Source: Carcharhinus longimanus
Taxonomy: Eukaryota
NCBI GenBank assembly: GCA_030264375.1
Contig: JASCQW010000156.1
Coordinates: 14,140,214 to 14,204,213, forward strand
Reading direction: 5' to 3'
Length of the DNA stretch: 64,000 nt
Shown: positions 10,750 to 22,884 of the stretch, piece by piece
Position numbering within the stretch: the stretch's first letter is position 1
How the letters are laid out: every line of letters starts with the position of its first letter
Position numbers and translations under genes: made by a program
The notes under the pieces: model-generated
What the model was told of the DNA's origin: nothing
Database searches by the model: none
Seen by the model: only the letters and a program-made list of their open reading frames with translations

Positions 10750-11600
10750 CATTTTGTCACGTGTCTAAAACACTATTCACAACCAGTCAGGTGACCAAGT
10801 CGAAGCTCATTGGACACGCCAGATTCAACGACGTCACAGCCTAGGCCCAAAGTGCGCCACATGACTGAAATGGCGCATGCTCAGCACACGTGCCATGCCA
10901 CCTGCCTTACAATTGTGGTCAATTGAAGGAATTAAAAATCACATCCATGACACATCAAGGCGGGTAGCTCAAAACCAGATAGACGCGTCGCTGCCTCCGG
11001 CTATCGTGCAATGCCATCATCCCACCGAGTTTGTATTGCGTCAAATACCCTTACCTCATTTATTTTGTTGATTCGACACTTCTGGTGGAGCGGTGGCGGA
11101 GATTTTTGGTTTAAACGATGCTGAGAGTTAAATTCTCTCCGAAAGATGGTGGATGGGAAATTGGCGACGGATCGAACGACGACGTTTGGGGGAGACGACA
11201 CGGACATAGCACCTTCTCCTAGTTGACGGGGCAGAAGGTTGCCATGGTGACCGGATCGGGGCCTTTTCATAGGCTGCGCCCTTCGCTTCGCGCGCTGATC
11301 GTTGATGCATGCCAAGGCCACGCGGCAGCTCGGAATTCGAAGCTGTGCAGCGCGCGCGACAGGGCTAACGGTCCCAGGGTGGCGTCACGTGATCCCTGCC
11401 CGTGGCTATGGCGAACCCAGTGCTCAATACTGCTGATCAGGTTAGCCCGCCACCTCTTTTGCACCCCCCTCATCCTTTCAGGATAACGCACACAACCAAA
11501 TTAAGAAAAGTCAGCCGTATTTTAAATTCAACAGCCGATATTATGAGAGGCTGCCACTTTCTGAGGAATAAACGGTACGCGCTCTCACACTTCAAAAGGT
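10750..11600. promoter_or_regulatory. Intronic CpG-island promoter-like element
   Basis: Highest CpG/GC density in the window; CACGTG at 10758, 10887 and 11386; CRE-like GACGTCA at 10830; YY1/NRF1-like AAATGGCGCATGCTC at ~10868-10882; ATTGG at ~10809 and ~11160; RFX X-box GTTGCCATGGTGAC at 11238-11251. Confidence 0.7.
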
Positions 11601-11696
11601 TTGTGGACTTATAATATGATTTTAAAATGTGGTGAATTTGTTGTGGTTTCTCGTGGAGACACCAGAAGAGTGTGATTTTACTACCATGAAGTAGTT

Positions 11697-12288
11697 TATT
11701 GGTGTGTTTTGTCAAATTATGCCATCAGAGGTTGCAGTGATCTGGTTAGAACTAAAATATTGGTTCTTCTCTGGAGCTAAAGAAGCAGTCCTTCAGCAGG
11801 TTTTAAATATTTTCATACATCTAAGCACAATTTATACACCAAAATAAAATATGATTTACGAAGCAGAGTATAAGAATTAATTCATTCTGAGCTGATTTGC
11901 CTCCCTGAGTTTGAAGACGTTTTAATAGTTTGGCTAGTGACTTCCCAAAGTTTTCAGAGTTTAAAGAACTTGAGTGACCCAACCGTAGCCTTTTGAAATA
12001 AGGGGAAGATGTTAAAATATTAAGAGATAGTTAATATGGTTGGCACTTCATGGAATGTTCCTAATTTAATACTTTTATCATTTTTTCTTTGATTTAGTTA
12101 ATATGCCAGATTTGTATCGCACCGTTCAAAAATTTCAAAATTGCTTTGTATTGGAGTGTTTTGTCAAAATATGCCACTAAAGGTTGCAGTGATCTGGTTA
12201 GAAATAAAATATTCGTTCTTTTCTGGTTCTAAAGAAGTTGTCCTTCAGGAGATTTTAAATATTTTCATAAAATACCTCAACACAATTT
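11697..12288 (+). repeat. Diverged ~137-bp direct repeat, two copies (11697-11833 and 12149-12288)
   Basis: Shared gtgttttgtcaaa..tatgcca..aggttgcagtgatctggttagaa.taaaatatt...ccttcag..ttttaaatattttcata...cacaattt; offset 452 bp. Confidence 0.9.
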
Positions 12289-15200
12289 GAATGTACAAAT
12301 TGAAGTTCACTTTTAAACTTAAATACATTTAAAACGTTTGAAACTGTAAGTAATGTAACAGGATTTTTTTTTAGATTTGTTCTTTTCAGTGCACTTTAGG
12401 TTGTGAAGTGTACTTCCAGATCTATCTAGGGTTTCTAAGTTTGTATCTAGTTTCAATTGAAATTTTATTTATTGCATACATTCCTCTAAATATTTAGTAT
12501 ACAGATGCATTTGTAAAGAATTAGTAATTGTCGTGAAGCTTCAATGATATGTAAATGAAGTCAATTATATGTAGGGTTTTAATTAGCAGCTAGGTTCATG
12601 TGTGAAGTACATCAGATTAATTATGTGGCACATCTGCTGATAATTTACTACTTTTCTGCAGACCCATCAAAACTGTGAAATTTGCATCCTTAGGTAGTTT
12701 GACAAGAAACAGAGGAATTTGACAACAAATAAATCATGTTTTGCCCCGTCTGTTATGTTTGAAACTGTTTTGACTTTTTAACAGGTTAAATGAATGGCTT
12801 CATTAAATTGTGTTACTTAATTTTAGTAATTGTACAGTTTTAGTGGGTTATGTGTCTTGAAATTGTTTCAACTTTCCTTTTTAGAAAATGAATGCCCCCA
12901 AATATGGATTGCTTACACAAAGCTTTTTAGTGAATTGAATAGAACTGACCTTGTGTTTCGTCACCTAATCAAATCTGACCATTTTAATTCAGACTTTCAT
13001 ATATTGATTAGGCAAGTCATCTTATGTTTTGCTTGTGTATGTGTTCTGCAAGGGTGATGAGAATATCTTTAATCTGCTTCTGAGAAATAAGTGTTTCTGC
13101 CCAAGGGAGATAGATATGGGAGGGACACAGCAGTTGTCAAGCATACAAGAGTCATATTGGCCCAAAGGGACTAAATTTTAAAACAAAATATGCACAATGA
13201 GGTTTTTTAAAAGGAGAATAAAGCTGGTTTGATGTGGTTTGTCATAATGGGAAAAAATCTTGTTTTTCTTTGAAACCATCTCAAAAAAAACATTCTTCTG
13301 ATGGCATCTTGTGACTGGAAGTACTGTTTAGTAATAACTGAGTAAAATTACATTTGAATATGAATGTCAATATGTGAATTTTAATCTCTTGAAGAGGGCA
13401 ATCGGTGACACAACCAACTGACAACTCCAAGGGAATTTGGAGATTTAATTGATTATAGTATAACAGAGTGATTGTTAATTTGCTTGAAGTTTTTCAGAGT
13501 TGTGCTATTGTATTCCATTACTGAGAGTTCAAGGTACAATGATTTTTATGTGTGACTTTTAGTTGCCAGGTATGAACACAGGACACTATTGCTATGACCT
13601 ACCAGAAATAGCAAATTGTTCTTTATAAGCATGCATAATTGTCATTTTAATTTTGGATGATGTGGATGACTGTAAGTTGACCGTACTTACTGAATACCAC
13701 CTTAGAGAATGGTAATTTCGGCACATAGTTCAAATGACGCACAAGGAATCCAACACTGATGGTAATGCCTACTAATATTATGCATTTTGGATGTCAAATG
13801 AAAATTGACTGGGCAGTGGATGATAGTCACTTGGACAAGGTAGCAGAAAATGCTAGTTGCCAATGCAACTCTATATGGCTGTTGGGAGAGAACACACAAG
13901 AAACAAACAGGAAAACCATTTGTTTCCTCCAGTTATTTCCTCCTTTTCAGTGAAATGCCTGAATGTTGGTGAGGTACAATCTCACATATGTCAGATTTTT
14001 GGGTACTTCACTCCTCAGCGGGCATTCTTCATTTTGCGGCTAGACAGTGAATGTTAGAACAATTGGATTGGGTGAGAACTAGTTAGTTTTGATCCTGTAC
14101 TCGCCCAATACCTGTAGAAGCATACTTGCCAGCAGAGATTGGCAGCTAGAAATCAGGAGCTCGATTTGTAGCTGATTTTTCCCACCTCCCTAGTCCAGGA
14201 ACATTGAGGCAAACTGTAATGCTTAGGCTGAGCTTATTTAACTAAACCTAGATCGGAGATCTAACCTGTCACCTCCTGATCTATATCTGCTGACATTTTC
14301 TGACCTTTCAGACCAATGTAGTGTAAAGAAAAATTGGTGTTTGTCCATTATCTATTTGATAAGTTATGATTTTGAGAGAAGATCCATAAGGGCTGTAGAA
14401 TGAAGCAAAAGTAACTATAGTGTTTCAATAATGGGTACCTAAACACATCTGCAGGTGAAATAATTACAGGAAACTTTAATCACAGTGGAGTATGGCAAAT
14501 GGTAAATGTATTTTAGATGAGCAGATGCCAGTTTAAAAAAAGTTGGTTTGATGGCACAAGAACCAGGACAGGGATCCAGTTGTTTTATTTTGCCCATTCT
14601 GTCCTTAAATTGGTGTTAATTAATTTTCACAATGCAGATGATTGATTAAACTCTTTACATTAGGAGGGAAAGTAGTTAGTCTGGACACCTTGCAAAAATG
14701 TTATTACCACAAACATTTGGCTGTGATGTATACCTGGAGATGCCTAAAAATACAGGAAAGTGTTAAGTTTTTAATGTAATGGAAACAGTTGATACAGATC
14801 CTCATTTACTGTCTGATAAAGAAACAACCCTGGTGACTTGGGAATGGGAGTTGTGTAAGTCAGCAAGGAATCATTTTTTTAAGCATAGGCTTCATGATAG
14901 CAGAATTGATACTGAAAACTGAGCATTGTACAATTTAGGTCTGAAAAGTAGTACAGTTGAGAGGGTTGAGATGTGTTTGTATATTTTCATATCTTCTTGA
15001 GTTTGAAATGGGTATTCTATTTTTTTTCTCTACATCACAATATTTCACATCCCTCTCCCCAAAGAAAATACAGTGATCAATAAACCATTTTCTAAAGAAA
15101 TTGGGAAGGATTATTTGATATGCTCTTCAGAATGTGCAAAATGGCATTTTTCTAAACAAGATGCAGTGTTCCAGAATAAAGAAATTTGTATAACAATCAT

Positions 15201-18200
15201 GGTTAGGATCATATGCTTTATGTGGTAAAAGATAAAGTTGCTCTTCCAACCTGGGATAGATTTAATGATGTATTTTCATACCATTGATAATTAATTTTTT
15301 AAAAATTGTTATGTTTTAGTGTTTGCTACAAACCCTTTTTTATTCTTTAACTTCACAGTATCACTACTGGTAAATAGTAGTGAGTGAATAGGCTTCTATA
15401 CAGTGGTCTCATTGTAGTCTCTTTTTATTACCTTGTCCAAGATTATACCATGTAGTGCAGTGATCACACAGAAAACATTGTGCATTAGTTACTACGACTC
15501 AGCTTTTATGACTTTGTACTTTATGCAAACTGCAGTTAAAGAACGATTTGAATCAGTTAGCAATGGTGTCTGCCAGGGACAATATTATGAGCCGTAGTCG
15601 GTAGCCAGTCTGTCTAGCTCGTGGAGGGTATTCAATAAGCTTATAAGTCACGTGTTAGTTTATGGCGCTAGTTGGTAAAATTCTCTTAACTGCAGCAGCA
15701 TGCTGGCAGTGCGTTCCAGACATTCTGTCAGTATTTTGCTGCTTCAGCCACAGTGGCCTTTGTGTGGCAATGTCAGTTTTCATTCCCATGTGTTGCTGGG
15801 GGCACTGACATATGACCCCGATGATACTGTTTTCCCCACCCCTAAGGTGCTTGAAAATCCCAGATGGCAGTGTGAAATGGGGGAGGGGAAAGGGGAAAAA
15901 ATGTTTCAATCATTTAGCAGCTCTTAACTATAGCCATGTTTTTATTTTAAATATAATTGCTTCAATTTTAAGAAAAAACTTGCAGAAATTTAGTTCTGTA
16001 GGTTGCTATGCCTTATATTTGCATTATGCTGAAACGTCTGTATAGTTTTACCTTTTTTATAACTGTTTAACACCACAAAATGAATTACTACACTTTTTTT
16101 TTCTTTATCCCTCAGTTTATCTTGCTCTCTGTTTATAACTCATCAGTCAGTACATTTGAAAGAAGCGAATTGCATTGCTTTGCCACCACAAACAATATGT
16201 AAGATCAAGTTAAATATGGGTGAAGACAGTCAATAGGCCAGAATGTATAATTCCAAGGTTTTGTCTTCTGCTCAGACTGTATATGTGAAGAATTTCCTGG
16301 TTTTAGTCCTAAATAGATCTTCAGTAGTTTGGATCTCTGTCCCCTTGACTTGTTTTCTACCTTTTGCATATTTTCTGTGTATTTAAGGTCTCTTCTCGGT
16401 ATAAACAGTTGATAAGTTGTACCTTAAAACTGGAAAATTAAGTCTACTTTTAGAATCAAAATAATTGATGTTTAGGAGATTAGCATACTACAAAAAAATG
16501 GGAAGCTTGGCGGGCAGTATAGCAAAAGAGGACTGTAAAATATGAACTTTATACCATACAAATAGAGTTTAGCGCAGAGACTTTTCTTTTTCATAGCATG
16601 ACATGTATAACATGAAAAATGACTACTTAAGCAGATGCAGTAGTAAGTTTCCAAATGGAATTGATTAGGCTCTGCAGAGGCCTGAATTTTGTATTCTATG
16701 GTAGATTTGAAGTGTAATGATCAGGATCAAGATTACTGCAACTGAGCAATGAATGATCAGAAACTTAAAAGGGGCAATTCTACTTATTTTAGAACTTGGT
16801 TTCAACCCTGTGAATTTTGGAAAATTCCAGCAGTTTTATTTTGATGTATATAAAACTGTAGTTATATTGATGGTAACTACTTTTGGTGGATTGGCAAGCA
16901 AAATCTTTTGTTATTGCACTGTTTAAGAATATTCTTCCAAAGTTTAATTCAAATTTTTGGCTATGGTCTTGTGAAGTATTTGGACAACACAAAATTAAAA
17001 CATGACTTTTTACTCCAAATTGCATGTGTTCAATAGAAATGAGATCTAATTTTAAAATTTACCTCCTTCTGCTCAGCTCACAAAGTTTCAAAAGTTTTTT
17101 TATCATTGCTATAAATTAGCATATAAGAAGAACTAAAATATTGAGAGATTTACTGAATTCCCAGGGTATCCCAATCTCCTATTCTTTCTTTGTCTGACTG
17201 TTTGAATATTAAAGAAGTGAAGAGGAGGGTAGCATTTCACATGCAGCTCATGAAAGGTTTCCCATTCAAAGCATTGTATTGAAGCTGCGATGTTGCCAGG
17301 TTTCTGCACAGTTTTCCAGATCAATGTCTTAAGAGACTTCAGTTTAGAGTCTCTGGTTGGATTTAACCATTTCCTGACCTGTATAGTGAAATATTGTTAA
17401 TAGCAAACAGATTGTGATTCTTGAAACTCAAGGGTAGCTAAATGAAGACGTTCAAGCCATTGTTTCAGATGAATAGTTTGCAGTTGTTAGTTTTTAATTT
17501 ATTTATAATATTTGCTTACCATGGCTAATGTTCAACAGACGCTTGCACTGTTCATCTTGTACTTGCTTTGCAGACTAGATTCCAGAAATTAATGAAAAAA
17601 TATCTGAAATGTTTATGGCTGCTTTGGTTTTTGTATGATAGAAGTAGTTCATACTTGTTCTGCAATTGTAAGCTCTAGGAGGAAGGTGGAATGCAAAATG
17701 TAGTGCATTCCAGAGTGTATTTGAGGAAATACTGGTACAGTTTTCACATGACATATGAGTAAGCTGACATTTGATTTTGGACAAGTGAAAGTTTCTCATC
17801 ATGAAATGAAGACTGAAAGTTTGTTCAAATTATAGGCTCAATGTATTGAAAGTCACCTCTCAATTCTATTTTTGTAAAATACCAACTCCAGTGCCACAGA
17901 ACAGGGACAACAGGTTCCTACTTCATTCTTGGTCTGTGACATAACTTGCATTGAGTGGAGGCTTTCGTGCTTCCTCTGGTAGAGCAGAGAATCATGCAGT
18001 GGTAGCTCAGGCACTTAGCTTTGGCTGATAATGGGAGGCAAAGTTTGTTTGTAGAAATACTTCTGATGATACTATCAATTACAAGTAGATAAATTACAAC
18101 TGCATTTAGAAAAAAAGTTATTTCTAAAGCTTATTTGAGGGTCCTTTCCAAAGAGTCATTATAGATGTCTATTATAATATTTTGATCTGGCTGAGTGACT

Positions 18201-18239
18201 GGGGGTAGAGAGGGTTAACTTTTGAAGAAAAAAATCCCA

Positions 18240-18240
<1 letters not shown>

Positions 18241-18302
<62 letters not shown>
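18241..18302. repeat. (CA)31 microsatellite
   Basis: Perfect CA run. Confidence 0.98.
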
Positions 18303-18304
<2 letters not shown>

Positions 18305-18316
18305 AGTCACTCTGAG

Positions 18317-18515
18317 ACTACCCTCTGAGAAGAAATTCTTTCTCATCTCTGTCTTAAATGAGAGTTCACTTTTTAAACCATGTCCCCAGTTCTGGATTTC
18401 TCCCATGAGGGGAAAGATCCTCTCTCCATTGACAGTCAAGCCTCCTCAGAATCATATAAGATTCAATAAGATCACCTCTCATTCATCGACAGACATCATA
18501 TTTGGTCAATGTAGG
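18317..18515 (-). repeat. 199-bp near-identical duplicate of 20173-20371 (CR1 3' fragment plus flank)
   Basis: Direct comparison shows 2 mismatches. Confidence 0.9.
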
Positions 18516-19954
18516 TAGCTGAAGGACAAAACTTTATACGATTACACAAAATAGATTGTTACTGCTGTTAACCTAACGAGCAACACTTATTCAGATGTTC
18601 AGTATCAACTGTGCAAAATTATCAGCATTTTTGAGTCTAACAGAACAGTGTAGTTCAAAAGTCTACTCAAGGTGTGGGTGGATTTATGTAATGATCAATG
18701 AGCCATTGTTTTGGGAATGGGGAATAATAAATTTTAAAAGATCTTTATGAAGTTTTAATCCATATTAGAAATCTATGTTGCTTTTACTAGACACAATATT
18801 GCATTTAAAACATTCTTTTGCCATTTTTATATCCCTAGGGAGTTCTGTGGATAAAACTTGTTTTTTCAATTATAGATGCGTTTTTATACTTGAATGTAAT
18901 GTGTATTTGCTATTTTATAGTTATTTTATTCAGCTTCCATGTGACATGTATCGTTCCCTGGTTTTGTGACTTGCTCCTTATATGATTTGATACTTTTGAA
19001 CCACAACTAAATGCACCAAAACAATCCAGGATGATAAGCACTCTTGATCTATTGTCCCTCCCAGTAATGAACTGTTTAAGCTGTACTCAGAATCTGCCCA
19101 AAGTCATGATTAAACAACTTTGTGTGTGAGAAATTTGAACAGGTGATCACTAAAATTCAGCAACATTTTTGTGCTGTTTGGATGCTTAAAATATAACTTA
19201 TTCCTGAATAACAATCGTCAGTAGGTATGTCATTGACTGAATAAAGTAAACCAATATATCAGAAGAAATGCAATAATTGGAAGTGATCATTTGATTTTTT
19301 TTGTATTAGTTAAGGGGAATAGGATAAAGTACTATTCAGGCTAGGACTTGTCTCTCACGACCTTTCTTACCAATGGGGTTTACATGATGTATGGGATGTG
19401 GAAGCGAAGGCACAAGTAGGAGTTTTTTTATGTTTGCCTTACTTCAACAAATGAGGTTGAATGGAGGAACATTTTGTGAATGGTAAAGGAAAACAAAATA
19501 CTGTAGTAAGAAAAAACAAAACTTTTGACAGGTGTAAGGAAATAAATGAGGCACAGACTTCACAAAGGGATAGTAGACAGATGGGAGAGGAATAAGAATG
19601 TCAGCTGGGAGAGGTCAGAGTATGAACCGTATCCCAGGAACAGAGGCTGAAACATAGGCATAAAACAAAAGCTGACAGGCAGCCTTCAGACTTACTCTAA
19701 CAAGAGTGTACATGCATGGAAGATCAAGCCTATTCATACCTCTGAAGGGAAATCTCTGGAGGACCACCTGAAGGATTTAGAGAGGAAGTTCACAGCAGTC
19801 TGGATTTGGATGTCTTGAAAACCAGTTTAGACAGAAATGGCTAAGTTAGGGGTGAGAACAAAAGGATTAAAATATATTAACACACATTTGCCTTAGGGTG
19901 TGTTGCAGTTACAAGGAATGACACTGCCATTTAGACAAGTCTTCTAAAACAAAA

Positions 19955-20340
19955 ATAAGATTGTAAGAATTGGGAGCTGGTTTATGCCATTCGGCCCATT
20001 GAGCCTGTTCTGTCATTCAATAAGGTTGTGCTGATCTGATTTTGACCTTAACTTCACTTTCCTGCCTACCCCGATAACCCTCGATTGCCTTGAAGACCAA
20101 AAATCTTCAGCCTTGAATATAATCAGTGACCCAGCCTCCACTGCTTGCTGTGGAAAAGAACTCCAAAGACTAACTACCCTCTGAGAAGAAATTCTTTCTC
20201 ATCTCTGTCTTAAATGAGAGTTCACTTTTTAAACCATGTCCCCAGTTCTGGATTTCTCCCATGAGGGGAAAGATCCTCTCTCCATTGACAGTCAAGCCTC
20301 CTCAGAATCATATAAGATTCAATAAGATCACCTCTCATTC
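19955..20340 (-). mobile_element. CR1 LINE 3' fragment
   Basis: 'taagaattgggagc...gccattcggcccattgagcctg...cattcaataag...ctgagaagaaattctttctcatctctgtcttaaatg' is the reverse-complement CR1 tail. Confidence 0.8.
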
Positions 20341-22482
20341 ATCGACAAACATCATATTTGGTCAAAGTAGGGAAAAATAACTTTCAAGTAGTGGGGTTGG
20401 GCAGGAGGGTTTGAGTGAAGGGAAAGTTGGAAATCTAAAAATAAAAATTGAGACAATAGAAAAGTAAATTGATGTGGGTAAAGACAAGCTGAGTAGGACA
20501 ATAAACTTGATGCTTTGAGTTATCTGTAATCCAACTTGCTGATTACTTTTAACAGAATGTTATTTATTTTTCAACTTTATTATTTGAAGTTTTAAGAAGT
20601 CTTGCAAAAACATTGAAAATAGACCATAAATGAATGCTGGTAAGTAGGTATATATGAGTTGTTTCCAAGTACTGTTGAGAAAAAGGTGTCAATGTTTCAG
20701 AGGACTGGGATCAAAGTATTTGAGATTGGAATAAAATGTCCAATTAGCACATGTTTTACTAAGATGTACATTTAAAAACTTCTTAAAAGCTATTAAAAAC
20801 TAATTTGTTTTTAACTTTTTTTCAGATATCCATGTTTTGCAGTTGAGTATTGAATTGAGGTTATGCTGGTTGCTTCAAACTGTAACGGTGGAATCTTGTT
20901 CAGCATTACTGACAGTAGTTGAGATCAGGAAGTGTTTGTTGATATTTCCTGTCAATAAAAGTTGATCTAGGAATGTCCTTTCTAAAAGGATCATTATGAA
21001 GAAAGGAAAGAGGGGGATTATTGAACAGTGTTCTTTCTATTTTATTTATATGGGTGGGAGCCAACAACAAACCTTTTTTGGCTTGATTCTTAATGGATGG
21101 TGAGATTAGAATTTCAACTGGTTCAGTTTATTGAAGTGAACTTTCTGGCAAACCTTTAATACCACCTACAAATTCTCTTCCTCGTAAGAAAACTAGTGAC
21201 TGACAAAAACCTCCTGAAAGTGTTATCAAATCATTATTAATCCATTTCATTACTGAATTCCATTATTTGTGGGGAATTTGGTGTCAACCTCCCCAGGCTC
21301 CAAGAAAATTTCCAAGGGCAGGATTCGCCAATGTTATTCTTGCCTGTGTCACTGCAGGTCAGAACAGAGAATTTGGCATTCCGGCCAAAATTCAATTCAC
21401 TTTTGGCAGCACTGGAGAATCCCAGCCGCAAACGAGTATGGAGGTTTTTGGCGTAAGTGTGGTTGAATTGTGAACTAAATCGCCTTAAATCAACTCAACT
21501 GAAATCTCCCTGTTTTCCTGCTGGGGACAGCACTTAGAAATTGTTTGGGAGAATTCTGCCCAGCAGAAAATCAAAAGGGAAAGATTGGATTAAAGGGAGT
21601 GGGTGGAAAATAAGAAGTCCTTGGTGACACTGCTTGCATCTTCCCCATCATGCCAGATAGCAGCAATGCTGGTAATGCATGAGGCAGCATTGATAAATGC
21701 ATGAGGGTAAATGAAGCATTTGGATATTTGGTGCGATTCCTGAGTGCCAGAACTGGTGCTGGGAGTGCATTCTGTAGAATGAAAGTTTAGTGAAGCAGTA
21801 TATGGTGTATATTCTTCCACTGACACTGGTGGCACATGAGATATCTAGGGTCCAGGCACCAGAAATTGACCTTTCTGGCTTCTCCCAAATCTTTGAGAGT
21901 GGTCCTTGGGAACCTCCTGCTCTCTGTGGAACCAGAACATATTTCCCCCTCCTCCCTCCTCCTCCTCCTCCTTTTAAGTGTTTTATTCATAATCCTGGAC
22001 TCTTCCTACTTTGTCCTAATGTTCTGCTTTTCTTCTTTAGTATTGCAGTAATATTATTCAGGGACAGTCTCCTATAATTCAGCGAGGCTTCCCTTTTGAG
22101 GGGATTGACTGCCCTTATGAGAAGACCAAATGCTATCAGCGAATACTGGTTGACACCCTGCGGATTGCAGAGGTAGTTAGCATATACTTGGCCCTGCACT
22201 GCAATTGTCAAAATGAGGTGACAGCAACAAATTTGTCTACTGCCTAATTCTGCTGGGTTCATGAGTTGCAAATGCCATACACAAATAATGGCATAATTTA
22301 ATTTTTAGCCATATTTCTACATCATGACAAATATCTGAAAATGTTGCCTAGATAACTAAATTTGTTGTATCAAAATGTCTCTTCCTGACGACAGTATTTG
22401 TTTTATTATTCATTCTAAAGTAGAAAATATTCGCAGTTTGTCACAACTTTATTTTACACCTTGGAAGCCTGAGATAAATTCA

Positions 22483-22800
22483 GGGCAGCATGGTGGCACA
22501 GTGGTTAGCATTGCTGCCTCACAGTGCCGGGGACAAGGGTTCAATTCCAGTCTCGGGTGACTGTGTGGAGTTTGCGCGTTTTCCCCGTGTTTGCATGGGT
22601 TTCCTCCAGGTGCTCCGGTTTCCTCCGCAATCCAAAAATGTGCAGGTTTGGTTGATTGGCCATGCTAAATTGCCCCTTCGTGACGGGGGACTAGCTAGGG
22701 TAAATGCATGGGGTTATACTAGGGCCAACAACAACTATACTTGTTGGTGCAGGCTCAACGGACTGAATAGCCTCCTTCTGCATTGTAGTGATTCTATGAT
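22483..22800 (+). mobile_element. HE1-type tRNA-derived V-SINE, full length
   Basis: A box (tggcacagtggttagc), B box (ggttcaattcc), V-domain (gggtttcctccaggtgctccggtttcctcc), tail gattctatgat. Confidence 0.9.
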
Positions 22801-22884
22801 TTATTATGATAGGTATAGATTTGTATATCACTTGAAAGTAATTTTTGGTCATCAAAGTTTAAATTGAATTTAAATTTGAAGTCT

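Noticed and set aside
11001-11491. Overlapping 60-106 aa ORFs on both strands in the CpG island
   Set aside because: Expected from high GC content; no recognisable domain; splicing to the candidate downstream exons in phase 0 meets early stops.
18215-18439. ORF with CVCVCV repeat
   Set aside because: Translation of the (CA)n microsatellite plus a CR1 fragment.
22483-22560. tRNA-like A and B boxes (also at 26752, 35215, 37980, 60298)
   Set aside because: These are SINE heads continuing into SINE bodies, not tRNA genes.
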